Of a DNA stretch of 21,804 nt, positions 6,895 through 19,300 are shown piece by piece. Below the pieces are notes generated by a model. It saw nothing but the letters and a program-made list of their open reading frames with translations. It did no database searches and had not been told where the DNA came from. The stretch comes from Tepidisphaerales bacterium (GTDB lineage Bacteria; Planctomycetota; Phycisphaerae; Tepidisphaerales; Tepidisphaeraceae). The position numbers were made by a program, and so were the translations under genes. The stretch's first letter is position 1. Each line of letters opens with the position of its first letter. The stretch covers positions 1 to 21,804 of the forward strand of contig JBBRMF010000067.1 of assembly GCA_038230975.1 (NCBI GenBank), given 5' to 3'.

Positions 6895-7231
6895 CTGATC
6901 CTTCCTTTCAAAAAGTGATCATTCATTTGACTGAACTGACTGGGATTGTGCGACAGAGTGGCAGTGCCGTCGTTTCCAGACGATCGTCCCGAGCACTCTT
7001 CATCTCCCGGGCTTCTAAGTCTGTTGCGCGGAGTGTGTTTTCCTCCCTCGATTCTTATAAATTAAATTCAGACCCAAAATATTTCGCCACGAAGAGATCA
7101 ACGGGAACCCAGGTAGGCTACCTATTTTAACCGGATTCACCAAAATCAATTTGGATTTTGCTTGATTTCGGGCGGTAGGGGTTTATCTTCGTGGGATGTG
7201 GGATCGAGCATCCGGTAGTGGATGCAATGAG

Positions 7232-7268
7232 GCCGACAGCCGCACGTTGTGGGCTGTCGTTCTTGTAT
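7232..7268 (+). promoter_or_regulatory. GC-rich hairpin gCCGACAGCC-N10-GGCTGTCG followed by the T-rich run TTCTTGTAT, in the 5-prime leader of the giant gene. It may be an attenuator or leader structure.
   Basis: An 8-bp perfect stem with a 10-nt loop, then a U-rich run, about 100 nt upstream of the ATG at 7364. There is no upstream plus-strand gene for it to terminate. Confidence 0.3.
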
Positions 7269-7315
7269 CGGTCATCTCTCAGAGTTTTATAAAAATTCAG
7301 TCGCATTGCTTGGAC

Positions 7316-7329
7316 TGCAATTGATTGCA
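7316..7329. promoter_or_regulatory. Palindrome TGCAAT-tg-ATTGCA about 35 nt upstream of the giant gene start codon, with further GCATTGC and TGCAAT half-sites at 7303-7309 and 7223-7228.
   Basis: A perfect 6-bp inverted repeat seen in the sequence. It uses the same TGCAAT/ATTGCA arms as the palindrome at 2104-2121. Confidence 0.3.
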
Positions 7330-7363
7330 TATCGTGTTTCCTGGCAGTGAAGTGGAGGTCTAT

Positions 7364-10300
7364 ATGGCTCGCAGCACGGAACGGTCACGAGGTCAAGGTT
7401 CGCGCACACGGTCTCGAAAGCCGGATACCCAAAGAAGCGCCTGGATCAACGAGATCGACCGAATGCTGGAGGCGCGCGAGCGGGCACGTCAGTTTTTTGA
7501 GACTCTCGAACAGCGAATGCTTTTAACGGGGACGCACGATGCCGCTCTCGCGGCGGCCATCCAAAGTGCGCTGGCAACAGGCAATTCCAGTGGTTTCTCC
7601 GCATGGAGTCACAAGCTGACCGGTGCCACTGCGCTTGGAAAACAACTTCCGATCATGGGGGGTGGATTGGGCGCGGGTTACGATCCACAGGCTCAATTAA
7701 ATGGGTTGTTATCGCGACTTTCCGGTTCGTATACGACGCTTGCGCAGCTCCAAACGGCTTTGGAAGGATCGGCGGGAATTGGCGACGGCGTTGCCGTGGC
7801 GGCGACGCATGACAATGCCGATGACATCTCGCTCGATTTGCATTTCAACAACACTCAGAATGTGACGATCCCCGTAGCCGCAAATTATGGCGGCGTGAAT
7901 TTCGATCTGGGCGGAAGTCTAAATGTTGCAACGACGCTCGATTTCACTTTCACGCTGGGGGCTTATTGGGATTCCGTCGCCAGTGCGGCGGTGGTCTATA
8001 TCCCAACCGCCGGTAACCAGCTCAATGTCACTGCAGCCGTCAACACGGCGACGCTGAACGCAAATGCACATCTCGGATTTATTGGCGTTGCAGCATCTGC
8101 GGGGGCGGTCACGTTGTCGCCTAGTTTTGCGATGACCCTCGCGGACCCGGGCCCGGCGGGTGGGCCAGGGCGAATTACCTTCACTGAGTTGAATGCCACA
8201 CCCTTGCCTGCACTCGTCACTTTGAATCTGACGGCCCCGCCTGCAACGCTGTCGGCCAGTATCACCAGCAGTCTGATCCCCGCCGCAAAGACTCTGACAT
8301 TTACCTGGTCGGATATCAACGCGCCCACCACGGCCACCTCGAATCTGACCTCGGACGCAACTCTTGCCAACTATAAAGGTTTAAGCCAACTCACCGGCGC
8401 GCAGCTCAGCGCCGGGATCAACTCGTTTACGACGTGGACGGGAAACATCGGCAAGAGCCCCAACCTTTTGGGAATCAAGATTCCTATCGTGGGAACCGGG
8501 CTTGGGGCGGTCGTCAATCTGCCGTCGACATTGCATAACCGCCTTATCGATCAGGTGGGGACGTTTACGGATGTCGATCAGGTCCGAACGAAGTATGCCG
8601 CCGAAGCGGATCTGAACAATGTTACAACGACGCTAGTCGGAAATAATCTGCAGTTTTCAGTGGGGGTGCATCCCACGTTTTCGACGAACATTCCACTTCA
8701 ACTGGAAATCCCAGGACTTGATCTTCAACTGGATACGCCGGGTGTGGCCAGTACGATGAGCCTGACGGGCACACTGAACTTTGGCGTGGATCTGTCGACC
8801 GGCAATTTCTACGTCAATGACAGTACCGGCGGGACCACGCTTTCGGTCAGCGCAACGGTCAATTCGCCCAATTTTAATTCCGGGGGTGAAGTCGGCTTCG
8901 CTACGTTGAATGTCACCGGCGGTGCGGCCACCGCGAACGCCAACGCGACGCTCACGTTTATAGCACCCACCGCCGGACACCTGACCAGCACCGACTTCGC
9001 CGGTGGACTGGGTACGGTGAATAATCTCAGCAGCATGCAGTTCGCGGGCTCCGGAGCGTTGTCACTTCCGATTTCATCAACCCTGCTCGGCATTCCGACG
9101 CAGACGCTCACGGCGACATTCCCTGATTTTAAATCGCCGGCGAGCACGATCAGCAATGCGGGCAGTTTTGCGCAGTACGAGAATTACACCACGATTTTGC
9201 CGGTGCAATTCAGCCAGGCATTGGACCGAATCGTTACGTTGCTTTCTAAGGAAGCGAGCGCCAACGCGGCCTTTAACGCGAACATTCCCCTGCTAAATCA
9301 GTCCGCCTCGAATCTGGTCAATATCGCCACGCAGCTTCATAACGTACTGACGCAGTACACCGATGCGGTCCCAGACGTCAATAACGTGCTGACCGTGCCG
9401 TTTCACGATGCGGCCAGCCTCCTGACGCTGCTCCAAAACCTTCCGGGCGTGGGCGTGGGCAACGTATCGGCGCTTGGGACGGCGAACGATATTCGCTTTA
9501 CGCTGCACAAAACCGACACGATCAATCGAAGCGTGCCGATCAATCTCGGCATTGGTACGCAAGTGGCGCTGGATATCACCGGCACGATTAACGCGACGCT
9601 CGCCACGACTACAAATATCACTTTCGGCGTGGATAAAACCGGCAGTTTCTTTATCGTTGATCCCGGCGCAACGCCGGTGTTTCAAGCGAACGTTTCAGTC
9701 AACGCGAATCTTAACGCGAACGTCAATCTCGGTTTCCTTGGAGTGAATGTGACCGGTGGTTCAGCGACCATGGCCGGTGCATTTACGCTGTCTCTGCACG
9801 ATCCCGCGACCGATTCCCCGGCCACCCCAGGAATCATCACGGAAAAGGAACTCAGCGCCGCAGATGTCACCACCCTGGCGACGGCAACCGTGAATGGTTC
9901 GGCGGCACTTGCGCTTCCGCTCAGTACCACTTTCTTCCCCGAAACCGCCACGCTGCAGGCCAATTGGGCGGATATCACCAATGCGAACACCTTCACGGTG
10001 AACACGGCGCAGTTTCAGAAATTCTTCAACTTCAGCAATCTCACGGCAGCCGGTGCCTTGCAGGGATTGCAGCAGATTCCGGCGATTCTGAATCATCTGA
10101 TTGACAGCACTGCGTTCGGTAAGAATCTCCAGTTTTTCGGCTCATCATTGAGCAGCGCGATCGGAATTGGAAATCAGTTCCTGACGCAACTGAATAATAT
10201 GGGGGCATTCACCTCTGTCCAGGCTTTGCAAACAGCGTTGAATAATCAACTCGGTGGCGCTGCGAATGTCATCGTGAACGTCGGCGCAAGTGATCTGGAA

Positions 10301-13300
10301 TTCACGCTTTCATTGAATCAAAACCTGATCGGAAAGACGATTCAGTTCAGTATTAACAAGACGATTCCGGGCACGAGTCTTGGGTTCCAGACTTCCGGGA
10401 ACCTGACGCTGACTGGCAATGTGAGGGCAAGCGTTCAGTTTGGCATCGCGTTTGGCAACGTGGCGACGGTGACCGATCGCTTCTACATCATTCAAGGTGC
10501 CAATAGCCAGGCATCGGTGAACTTCGGTGTGAACGGCAGCTTAAACGGGGCGGCATCGATCGGTTTCGCTTCGGTGAATGTGAGCGGAACGGCGACGGTG
10601 AGCGGAATGGCAGGCGGTACGACGCAGGCGTCGATCACACTACCGTTGATCGATAATTACAACCACGATGGCAAGATTACGGTGACGGAGTTGTTGAGCA
10701 ATCCGGTCACGGCGCTTGGCACACCGGTGTTTGACGGCGCGGCTCAAGTTGTCTTCCAGGTCACCGGGCTTCCGGGCACGGGGCCGAATCCGCAACTGAC
10801 GTTGAACTGGGCCGATCTTTCCAGCTCCGCGGTTCCCACGATCAATCCCAATGCGGACTTGATCGCGGGCATTAATGCGGCGATTGGTTTCAATGCGCAA
10901 ACGATACTGGCCGGCATTCAAACCGTATTGAATCTCATTAACTCCTGGGCGGGCAGCTCGCTGCTGAATACCAAGATTCCCCTGATCCAAAAAACGGTCA
11001 ATCAGCTCTTTGATTTTGTGGGGAAGACCAGCAGCTTTTTCACGTCGATTAAAAATGCCAATGTCTCAACCCCCTCGCTGTTTGACGCTGCGGTGAATGC
11101 CGCCGTGAGTGCGTTGCCGGGCGGGGTCATCACGTTGACCGCCAAGCCGGATAATTCACCGAGTAGTGGCATCTTCCACTACCTGATGAACATCAACTAC
11201 AACGCCTTTGCAGGAGCTTCCCAGGCGTTTGACTTTGGTTCCAGCTTGTTTGCGTTGAATGCGATGCTCTCACCGATGTTCACATTCCATGCCGGAATTG
11301 AGTTTGGAGTGAACAAGACAGACGGTTTCTACATTGTCGATCAGGGAAATCTGGCCGGGCCAGAGGTGACTATCAATGCGGGAATCGGCGCGACGATCGA
11401 CAAACTCGGGGGAACTTTCGGACCGGTGACATACGGTGTTTCGCAGGGAACCGCGAGCGTCAATTTCGGCCTTGGAATCGATCTGGTCGATCCGAATCCT
11501 AACAACGGTGGGAAAATCGGTGTGTCGGATATCGCGGGCAACTTGGGAACCGTGTTTCAACCGACGATCGCGGGTACGGGCCTCTTGCACTTGCCGATGG
11601 GCTTTCGTATCGGTGGCGCCAGCGGGCCAGGTGTATCGACCACGTTTGATGCGAACTGGAACTCGAACGATCCGGCGAACATTCACTTTGGCGCGACGGG
11701 TAATTCCACGGACCCAGCCTCGGGCTTTGGAGCCGTCAATTACGAATTAGGCGATTTCGTACAAGGGATTATCGGCCCGGTTTTGCAGAACATCAAGACA
11801 TTCAATCCGCTTCCGAAGGATCTCATCGACTTCATGAACAAGAAGTTGCCGGTGTTCAATCAGACGCCGGCCGAAGTTCTGGGCAATGCTTTTGATCACC
11901 CGGAAGTGGCGTTGCTCTTCAAGATTGCAGGCGTGATTAGTGATCTGACGGCTGTTTCCGGCAGCGGTAGTACGCTGAACCTCAGCTCTTATTTCGCGGC
12001 GGGTGAACAGAACACGGGAACTGCCGGTTCGACCGGTGGCGGCAACACCGGGCCCTTCTCGACGCTCGTAAACGATCTGGCGACCTACCATGTGAGCGCG
12101 CCTATTTTGAGCGATACGGCGAGCACGATCATCGGTCTACTTCTCAAAAAAGATGTGACGCTCATTGAATTCAACCCCGGGAAACTGGATCTTCCATTTA
12201 CCTTCCCGGGCCTGGAACTCAACATTCCTCTGTGGAGCGTGGGTGTGGTCGATGTCGAAGGCACATTCAGGTTGTCTGGCGGCATCGACTTCTACGCAAA
12301 CGTGGACATCGGTTTGACGACGCGCGGGCTCTTCGGCAACACGATCGATGGCACATCCAATCTGATGAACGGATTCTTCATCGGGGATACCAAGCCCGGT
12401 GCGCCCAATGGTACGGATGCGTTTGAAGTGGGTTTGCGCGGCAGTCTGCGCATTGATCTGGGGGGCACAGTTCGCGTCCTTGGAATCAATGCGGCGACGA
12501 TCACGGGCTATATTCAGGGAAATCTCGACCTGGGTTTGGATCTGGCAGATGTGGCTTACAAACCGGGAACAAACATACCGGATCATCGCGTTGGGCGTCA
12601 GGACGTTGGGGGCGACAATAAGGTCTACTTCGATGAAATGCAGTGGATCGCCAGCCATTACAATGGCGTGGAATGCGTGGCAACTATTGGTGGTTCACTT
12701 TCGATCACAGGTGGCGTGCATATTGAAGCGCTGTGCGGGTTCTGGGGTTGCTTATATTCGCAGGATTTCCCGCTCGGCACGCAGGTGCTGGTCAACTGGG
12801 ATCTCCCTTGCCTACCAGTACCGCCGGTGCCATTGGCGCAAATTGTCGGCAATAAGTTGGTCATGTTTAATGACTCCAGCACGGGCGGAAAAGAAATCAA
12901 CATCAATGTCACGCGCGATGACAATAATCAGCCGTACGCGATTCAGATCCAGAAAAATGACGGTTCAGGCCAGCAAACGGATCTCTACACTTTCGCGCAA
13001 TTAAGTGCCGCCGGGGTCGATACGCTTGTGGTCAACGGCACTGAAGGCCCGGACAAAATCAATATCGATTCGAATCTGACCAAGCTCTACAACCTCAAGT
13101 ACCTCGTCATCAACGGATACGGCGGTAACGACCGAATCGATACAGGCTTGATCGATCTGGCAACCAGCCAACTGGCGGGAACGACGCTGAGTGGTGGTGA
13201 CGGTAACGACACACTGATCGGCACGTTCGCACCGGACAGTATTAGTGGCGGTACGGGCGACGATCTGGTTGTCGGTGGTGGAGGCAATGACACGGTCGAC

Positions 13301-16300
13301 GGCGGCGATGGAAACGACAAGATCTCCGTCCAAAGTGGCAACAGCGTCATCACCGGCGGAATCGGTAACGACACGATCAATGCCGGCGACGGGAACAATA
13401 ACATCGACGGTGGCGACGGGAACGACATCATCGGTGTCGGCAATGGCAGCAACACGATCGGTGGCGGGAATGGCGATGATGTCATCATTGCCGGCGATGG
13501 TGGCAACACTGTCAGCGGCGGGGCGGGAAATGACACGGTTCAAACCGGTGCGGGAAATGACAGCATCACCGGCGGTAGTGAAAATGACTCTATCTCCAGT
13601 GGCGCGGGCAATGACTATGTCGATGCCGGCAGCGGGGATGACTATGTCGACGCAGGCGTCGGAAATGATACGGTGTTCGGTGGCACTGGAAACGATAACC
13701 TGTTCGGGGGAGACGGCAACGATGTCATTCATGCCGGTGACGGCACGGACTATGTCGACGCGGGGATTGGCAACGATCTGGTTTACGGGGATACTGGAAA
13801 CAAGAAGATTTACGGCCAAAGTGGTAACGACACCGTTTACGGCGGCACGGGGAACAACTTCATTGATGCCAGCAGCGGCAACGACTACATCGTCGGCAGT
13901 GCCGGATCCAACACGATCTATGGCGGCACGGGTGATGACTATATCAACGCAAATGGCACAATCTCCGGCACCATCGACGGCGGCGAAGGTAACGACCTGC
14001 TTGTTCAAGGAGTCGACCAGAATCAAACGCTCACAGACACAACACTCACCACTATTTCCGGATCGATCGCACTGGCGAATCTGGAACGCATTCAGCTCAA
14101 CGGTGGGGCGGGAAATAATCAGTTCGATGTCTCGGGTTGGAACGGCCTGGCTGGCACCGCCCCCGTAACGCTGACGGGTGGCGGTGGCACGGACACCGTC
14201 GTGTCTACCAACGATACCGATTTCATTCTGACTGATACAAGCTTGGCCCGCGCAACCGGTGTCAGCTTCGTTTTGAACGGAGTGACCCAGGCAATCCTGA
14301 CCGGCGGCGTGTCTGACAATTCTTTTGATGTGAACGGTTTCAACCTGAGCGCAACGCTTACCGGTTCAGGTGGAAATGACAAAGTCATTGATGCCGGCGA
14401 TACCAATTTTGCTTTGACGAATTCCAGTCTGGTACGAGCCAGCGGTGGTAGCTTTACGTTGGCAGGCATCAACCGTGCGTTGTTAACAGCCGGCGCCAGC
14501 GCCAACACAATCGATGCGAGCGGCTTCTCTGGTAATACCACACTACTTGGACAAGCGGGCAATGACAGTATCTACGGTGGAAGTGGTGACGACTCCATCG
14601 ACGGCGGGCTTGGCAATGATTCTCTCGTTGCCAACGCGGGTAACGATGCAATCATCGGCGGAGGTGCTGCTGGTGGCGGTGACATTATTCAAGGTGGTTC
14701 TGGTACCGATCTGCTCATTGGCTCCGATGACGGAAATGACACGGTCACTGCCGGCACCGGCAACGCACGCATCTACGGACTCGGCGGGAATGACGTGATT
14801 GCGGGTGGAGCGGGTAACGATAGTATCGACGGTGGCACTGGCAATGATGTGATCTCCGGCGGCGGTGGAAGCGACCTACTGGTAGGTGGCCCAGGCGATG
14901 ATCTGATCTACGGCTTCAAATCGAGCGGCACTCGCGTCGATGGTGGCGTCGACACCATTTATGGCGATCTGGCAACCAATGGAAATGAAGCGGGCGCTCT
15001 GGGTGTCGACTCACTCTACGGCGGAGGCAACAACGACCTCATCTTCGGTGAAGGTGGTGTCGATCAAATCTTCCCAACGGGGCCCAGCCCCTACACCGAT
15101 CCAGGCACGTCCGGATCGACCGGCTCTACCGCTACGCCAGTGGTTGCGCCTTTGAGCCCAACCCTAGTTCCGATTCCCGTAGCTACGTTACCCACAAGCC
15201 CGGATGGCGGAGGTCGCTGGGGCGAGTTGGCAGGCGGTGGGTCGGCAACGGGTGTCAGTAGTAGCACGAATGCCGCGTTTGATCCGGTGATTGTTGCAGG
15301 CGCTGCAGGCGCTCAATATCTCGGGTGGGCTGATAATCGTAACGGCAATTTCGAGATTTACGTTGCGAAACACGTAGGCGGCCAGTGGGTTGAACTTGCG
15401 GGCAGCGCGCATGCGGGCGGTATCAGTTCAACTCCCGGAGCCTCGAGGCGTCCGGCCATTACGCTCGATGGTAGCGGGAATCCGATTGTCGTTTGGACGG
15501 AAACCACCGCGGCCAATACGGCGATCAAAGCCTCCAAATATGATCCCACTGCCAACGGCGGGGCCGGCGGATGGGTCGCGCTACCGAACGTCAGTGTTGG
15601 AACTTCGGCAGACAGTGCGCGCATTGTGAACCTGGCAACTGGACCGGTAGTCACCTGGATCGACAGTACATCAGGGCCGGCCAAGATCTTCGCAGCACAA
15701 TACAACGGAAGCGTCTGGAATGCCTTCGGCACAAACGGCACAAGCAATACCGGTGTGTCGGCTTCGGCGACGGGTGTGTCCGACAATTCACTGGCAACCG
15801 ATGGAACGAATGTTGCGGTTGCATGGACTAATACCGTAGCTGGAATCAAGCAAGTCTTTGTCGCACAGTCGAGTGGTGCCGCATGGACGCAGCTTGGCGG
15901 CGCGGGCGGCGCGAGCAACACGCCAGGTGACAGTCAGTCGCCTTCGCTCGCGTATCTCAGCGGCACACTTTATGCAGCTTGGCAGAGCATGACTCCGTCC
16001 GGGACTGAAATCTATGCCGCGATTCGAAGCGGTGGTACATGGGTCGCGGCGGGTGCCGGTTCCAATAGCGGCGCGGGCGTCTCCAATACACACGGTGGAT
16101 CTACCTCGCCGCAGCTATCGACGGGCGGCGGACAGATGTACCTGGCATGGATTGATGATCGTACGATCAGTGTCTCGGGCAACACGGTTGCGCTCTACGC
16201 CCGTAAATGGGGCGGTTCCAGTTTTGTCGAACAGGTTCCCGGCGATTCGTCGGGTGGCGGCATCAATCTGTCGACAACTTCGCCGAAATCCCCTGTGTTG

Positions 16301-19300
16301 AGCGTTGATAGCTCCGGAAATCCCTTCATCGCGTTCGACGATACCCAGGGTGGATCTCCGCAGGCAGATAGTCGCGGGAACACTGCTACGACTGGTACCG
16401 TCTACTATGTCAACGATGCATCGATCGTTGAAGATGGTGTCTCGACCGCCGTGGGTAGTGCGGCTAATAACGGGCTGAGTCCCGCCACGCCGGCGTTGTC
16501 GATCGCACAGATCCTGGGCTCCTTGAACCCAGGCGATGTGGTCGTTATCGATACCGGCGATTACTCCTCTGTAACGATTAACCGCCCGGGTATTACGCTC
16601 GTGTCAGCACCGAATGCGTCGGTGCGAATCAACGGACTGGTCACCATATCCGCCAATAACGTGACGCTGCGTGGCTTGCAGTTGCTCGGAGGCGTGGGCA
16701 CCACCGGCAATAATGTCACCATCGATTCTAACACGATCAAAGGCCCCGGAGTCACCCTGACAGGCGGTACCGGGTTGCAGGTTACTCACAATACGATCAT
16801 CACGCCTGGGAACGGCATAATGCTCGCCGGTGCGATTGCCGGGCCGGATATTGAACATAACTCGATCATCGCCGGAGGCACCGCGATCACGATCGGCAGT
16901 GCCACCAATGTGCTCATCCGAGATAATCGCATACGCAATTCCGGAATAGGCATCTCGATTCCTTCCGTCACGGGTGGAACGATCAGCGGGAATGATATCG
17001 CGGCCGGCACGGGAATTAGTATCGCGGCCGCATTTATAGGTTCGATCGATCACAATGAAATTCACGATGGCACTACAGGCGTGGTCTACGGTGCGTCTGC
17101 TCCACTGGTATCGAATCGAATTCGTAACAATTCCACGGGTATTACCACGAATGTGGTTGGCGCGAATGCGCTCGGATACGTGGGTGTCGGCGCAAACCAG
17201 ATCTTTGCCAACACCATTGGCATTCAACTCAGCGCTGCAGACCTTGTCGGGCAGCACGTATACGGCAATGCCACGGGTGTAGCCGGTAACGGCAACGTCG
17301 GCGGAACGGATTTCTCGAATCCGAATGTGATCGAAACAAACGGTACTGGCGTAAATATCACCGGGCCGGTGCGTTTCAATCGAATCGCACGGAATACGGT
17401 TGGTATCCGCGCCGCGAACGCCCAGCAGATCATTCATAATCTGGTTTACCGAAATGCAACCGGCATATCGGTGGTCGGGAAGACCGACGTTCGCATTTTC
17501 CAGAATACCTTCTACACGGCGGCGGGCGACAACATCAGCGTGTCGGGTGGCTCGCAGCAAGTTGAAGTTCGCAACAATATTCTCTGGACTGAAAATGGCT
17601 ACGACCTGAATATCGCGGATGACAGCCACACAGGATTCTTCAGCGACTACAACGATCTGCACGCAAGTGGTTCCGGCAAGATCGTGCACTATTTTGCCGA
17701 TTTTACGGATATCCTCGATTGGCAAGTCAATGTGAATAAGTATGACCTGCACTCGATCGGCGTCACCGCAGTAAATCCGCGGTGGAGTGAGCCGCGATTT
17801 GTCGATAAGTCAATCGACGACTATCGCGTGCTGGATATCGTTGGTGGACAGCGAGACAGCAGCCCGACGATCGATAGTGGCGACCAACTCGCTGACGTGG
17901 GTACGTCATCGCTGGTCCGCACCAATCTCCTTGCAAATCCGGGATTTGAAAACAACACGATCGGTTGGACGATTAACGCGACCGGTGGGACTGCCGTTGC
18001 GAATCCGACGCCTTGGGAGAGCACGCACGAATTCTCCGCGGGTTCAAACTCCAGCGCATTTGCGGAGCAGACCATTGATCTTCTAGCGTCTGGTTTTACC
18101 CCGGCAGACTTGGCGAACATTCAGGCGTTCGAGGTAGTATTTGGCGGCCGGGTCCGATGGAATACGATTCAATCCGGGGATAATGGCCGAATTCAGGTCA
18201 GCTTCCTCGATGCCTCTTCGACGCTGATAACCACACCGGCGACTGCGGCGACTGGAAATACCACCGATCGCTGGGAACTCGTCGGCGCAAGGACCGTCAT
18301 TCCAAGCGGGACACGTTACCTTCGCTTCCGCTTCAGCACTGATCGCACATCAGGTGCCAACGACAGCTCGTTTGACGGCGCATTTATGTACGTCGTGCCA
18401 AGCGCATACGCGCCGGACATGGGTGCCTATGGCAGCCTCCCGCAAGAATCCGCCCAGCCGCTGCTCACCCATATCGCGATGCGGTATCCGGATCTATACG
18501 CTGACTGGACGCAAGGCGCGCCGCACGTCATCCGTTGGGAAAGTTATAACAATGTCGCTCAGCAGCCGGTCAAGATCGACCTCTACCAGGACACTCCAAA
18601 CGGCCCGGCTTTTGTACTGAATATTACTCCTTCCACAACGGATAATGGGCAATTCACCTGGATCCCACAAAACAGCGGCGTTGCGGCTGGTACGCATGGA
18701 CTGCGCATTCAGGTTTCACTGGTCGGCGTGCCCATCGCGGTCGATCGAAGTACGGAAACATTTACCGTTCCCGAGGCCGGGCATAGTTACTATGTGAACG
18801 ACAATAGTGTCGTAGGCGACACCTATGTCACAGCAGTAGGCTCGAATCGAAATGACGGCCTTCTACCCAGTGCGCCAAAGCCTTTGCTGGCTACTTTGTT
18901 GCGTACGTACGGGCTTGGGCCGACGGATACGGTGTATGTTGACACTGGCATTTACAACGAATTCAGCCCCGTCCACATCACAGGTGCAAATGGTGCCGGT
19001 GCACGAATCACCGGGCCGTTGAATCCGGCAAACGTCGCAACCATCAGTCGCGCTTTCACCGGCGTGACAGGTGCCGTCATCGATGTGGACGGCGGCGGGT
19101 CCGTCAATGTTTCTCACCTGACTCTTGTGGGATCAGATCGCGGTGTTTGGGTTCACAACGGTGCGATCCGCTTCGCCGGTAGCTATTTGACGACGTCGAA
19201 CAACACGCTGGAAGGCGTGCGACTTGAATCTGATGCAATCCAGTCATCGCTCGATCATCTGGATGTTTCTTACAGCGGCTTGGATGGAATCTATATCGGC

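Noticed and set aside
5874-6935. Two plus-strand ORFs both beginning MIIHL (5874 and 6915), which at first suggested a repeated small gene.
   Set aside because: Both are simply the reverse complement of the similar RBS and start contexts (TGAAT.ATCA...ATG) of the minus-strand genes that start at 5875 and 6894. The similarity does not extend beyond about 12 nt.
7996-12658. Multiple minus-strand ORFs of 100-170 aa antisense to the tandem-repeat region (for example 7996-8370, 8809-9156, 9293-9685, 9682-10005, 10640-10990, 11270-11686, 12137-12658).
   Set aside because: All are antisense to the giant CDS, Arg-rich with low complexity, and have no start context. They are treated as frame artefacts.
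13001-14168. Long ORFs on other frames within the RTX region: minus strand 13001-14026 (341 aa), plus strand 13245-14168 (307 aa) and minus strand 13087-13536 (149 aa).
   Set aside because: They are low-complexity translations (poly Val/Ile/Asp/Ala, or Ser/Thr/Met-rich) produced by the GGN/GAC nonapeptide periodicity of the true plus-strand frame. They have no RBS and no recognisable motifs, whereas the in-frame reading gives canonical GGxGxD repeats.
16604-17752. 382-aa minus-strand ORF antisense to beta-helix unit 1. The minus-strand ORF 19676-20677 (333 aa), antisense to beta-helix unit 2, is the same kind of artefact.
   Set aside because: Its composition (rich in Arg, Asp, Ile and Val, and repetitive) mirrors the sense-strand Asn/Gly/Ile/Thr coils. 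The sense frame is continuous with recognisable domains for more than 14 kb, and overlapping antisense genes of this size are implausible.
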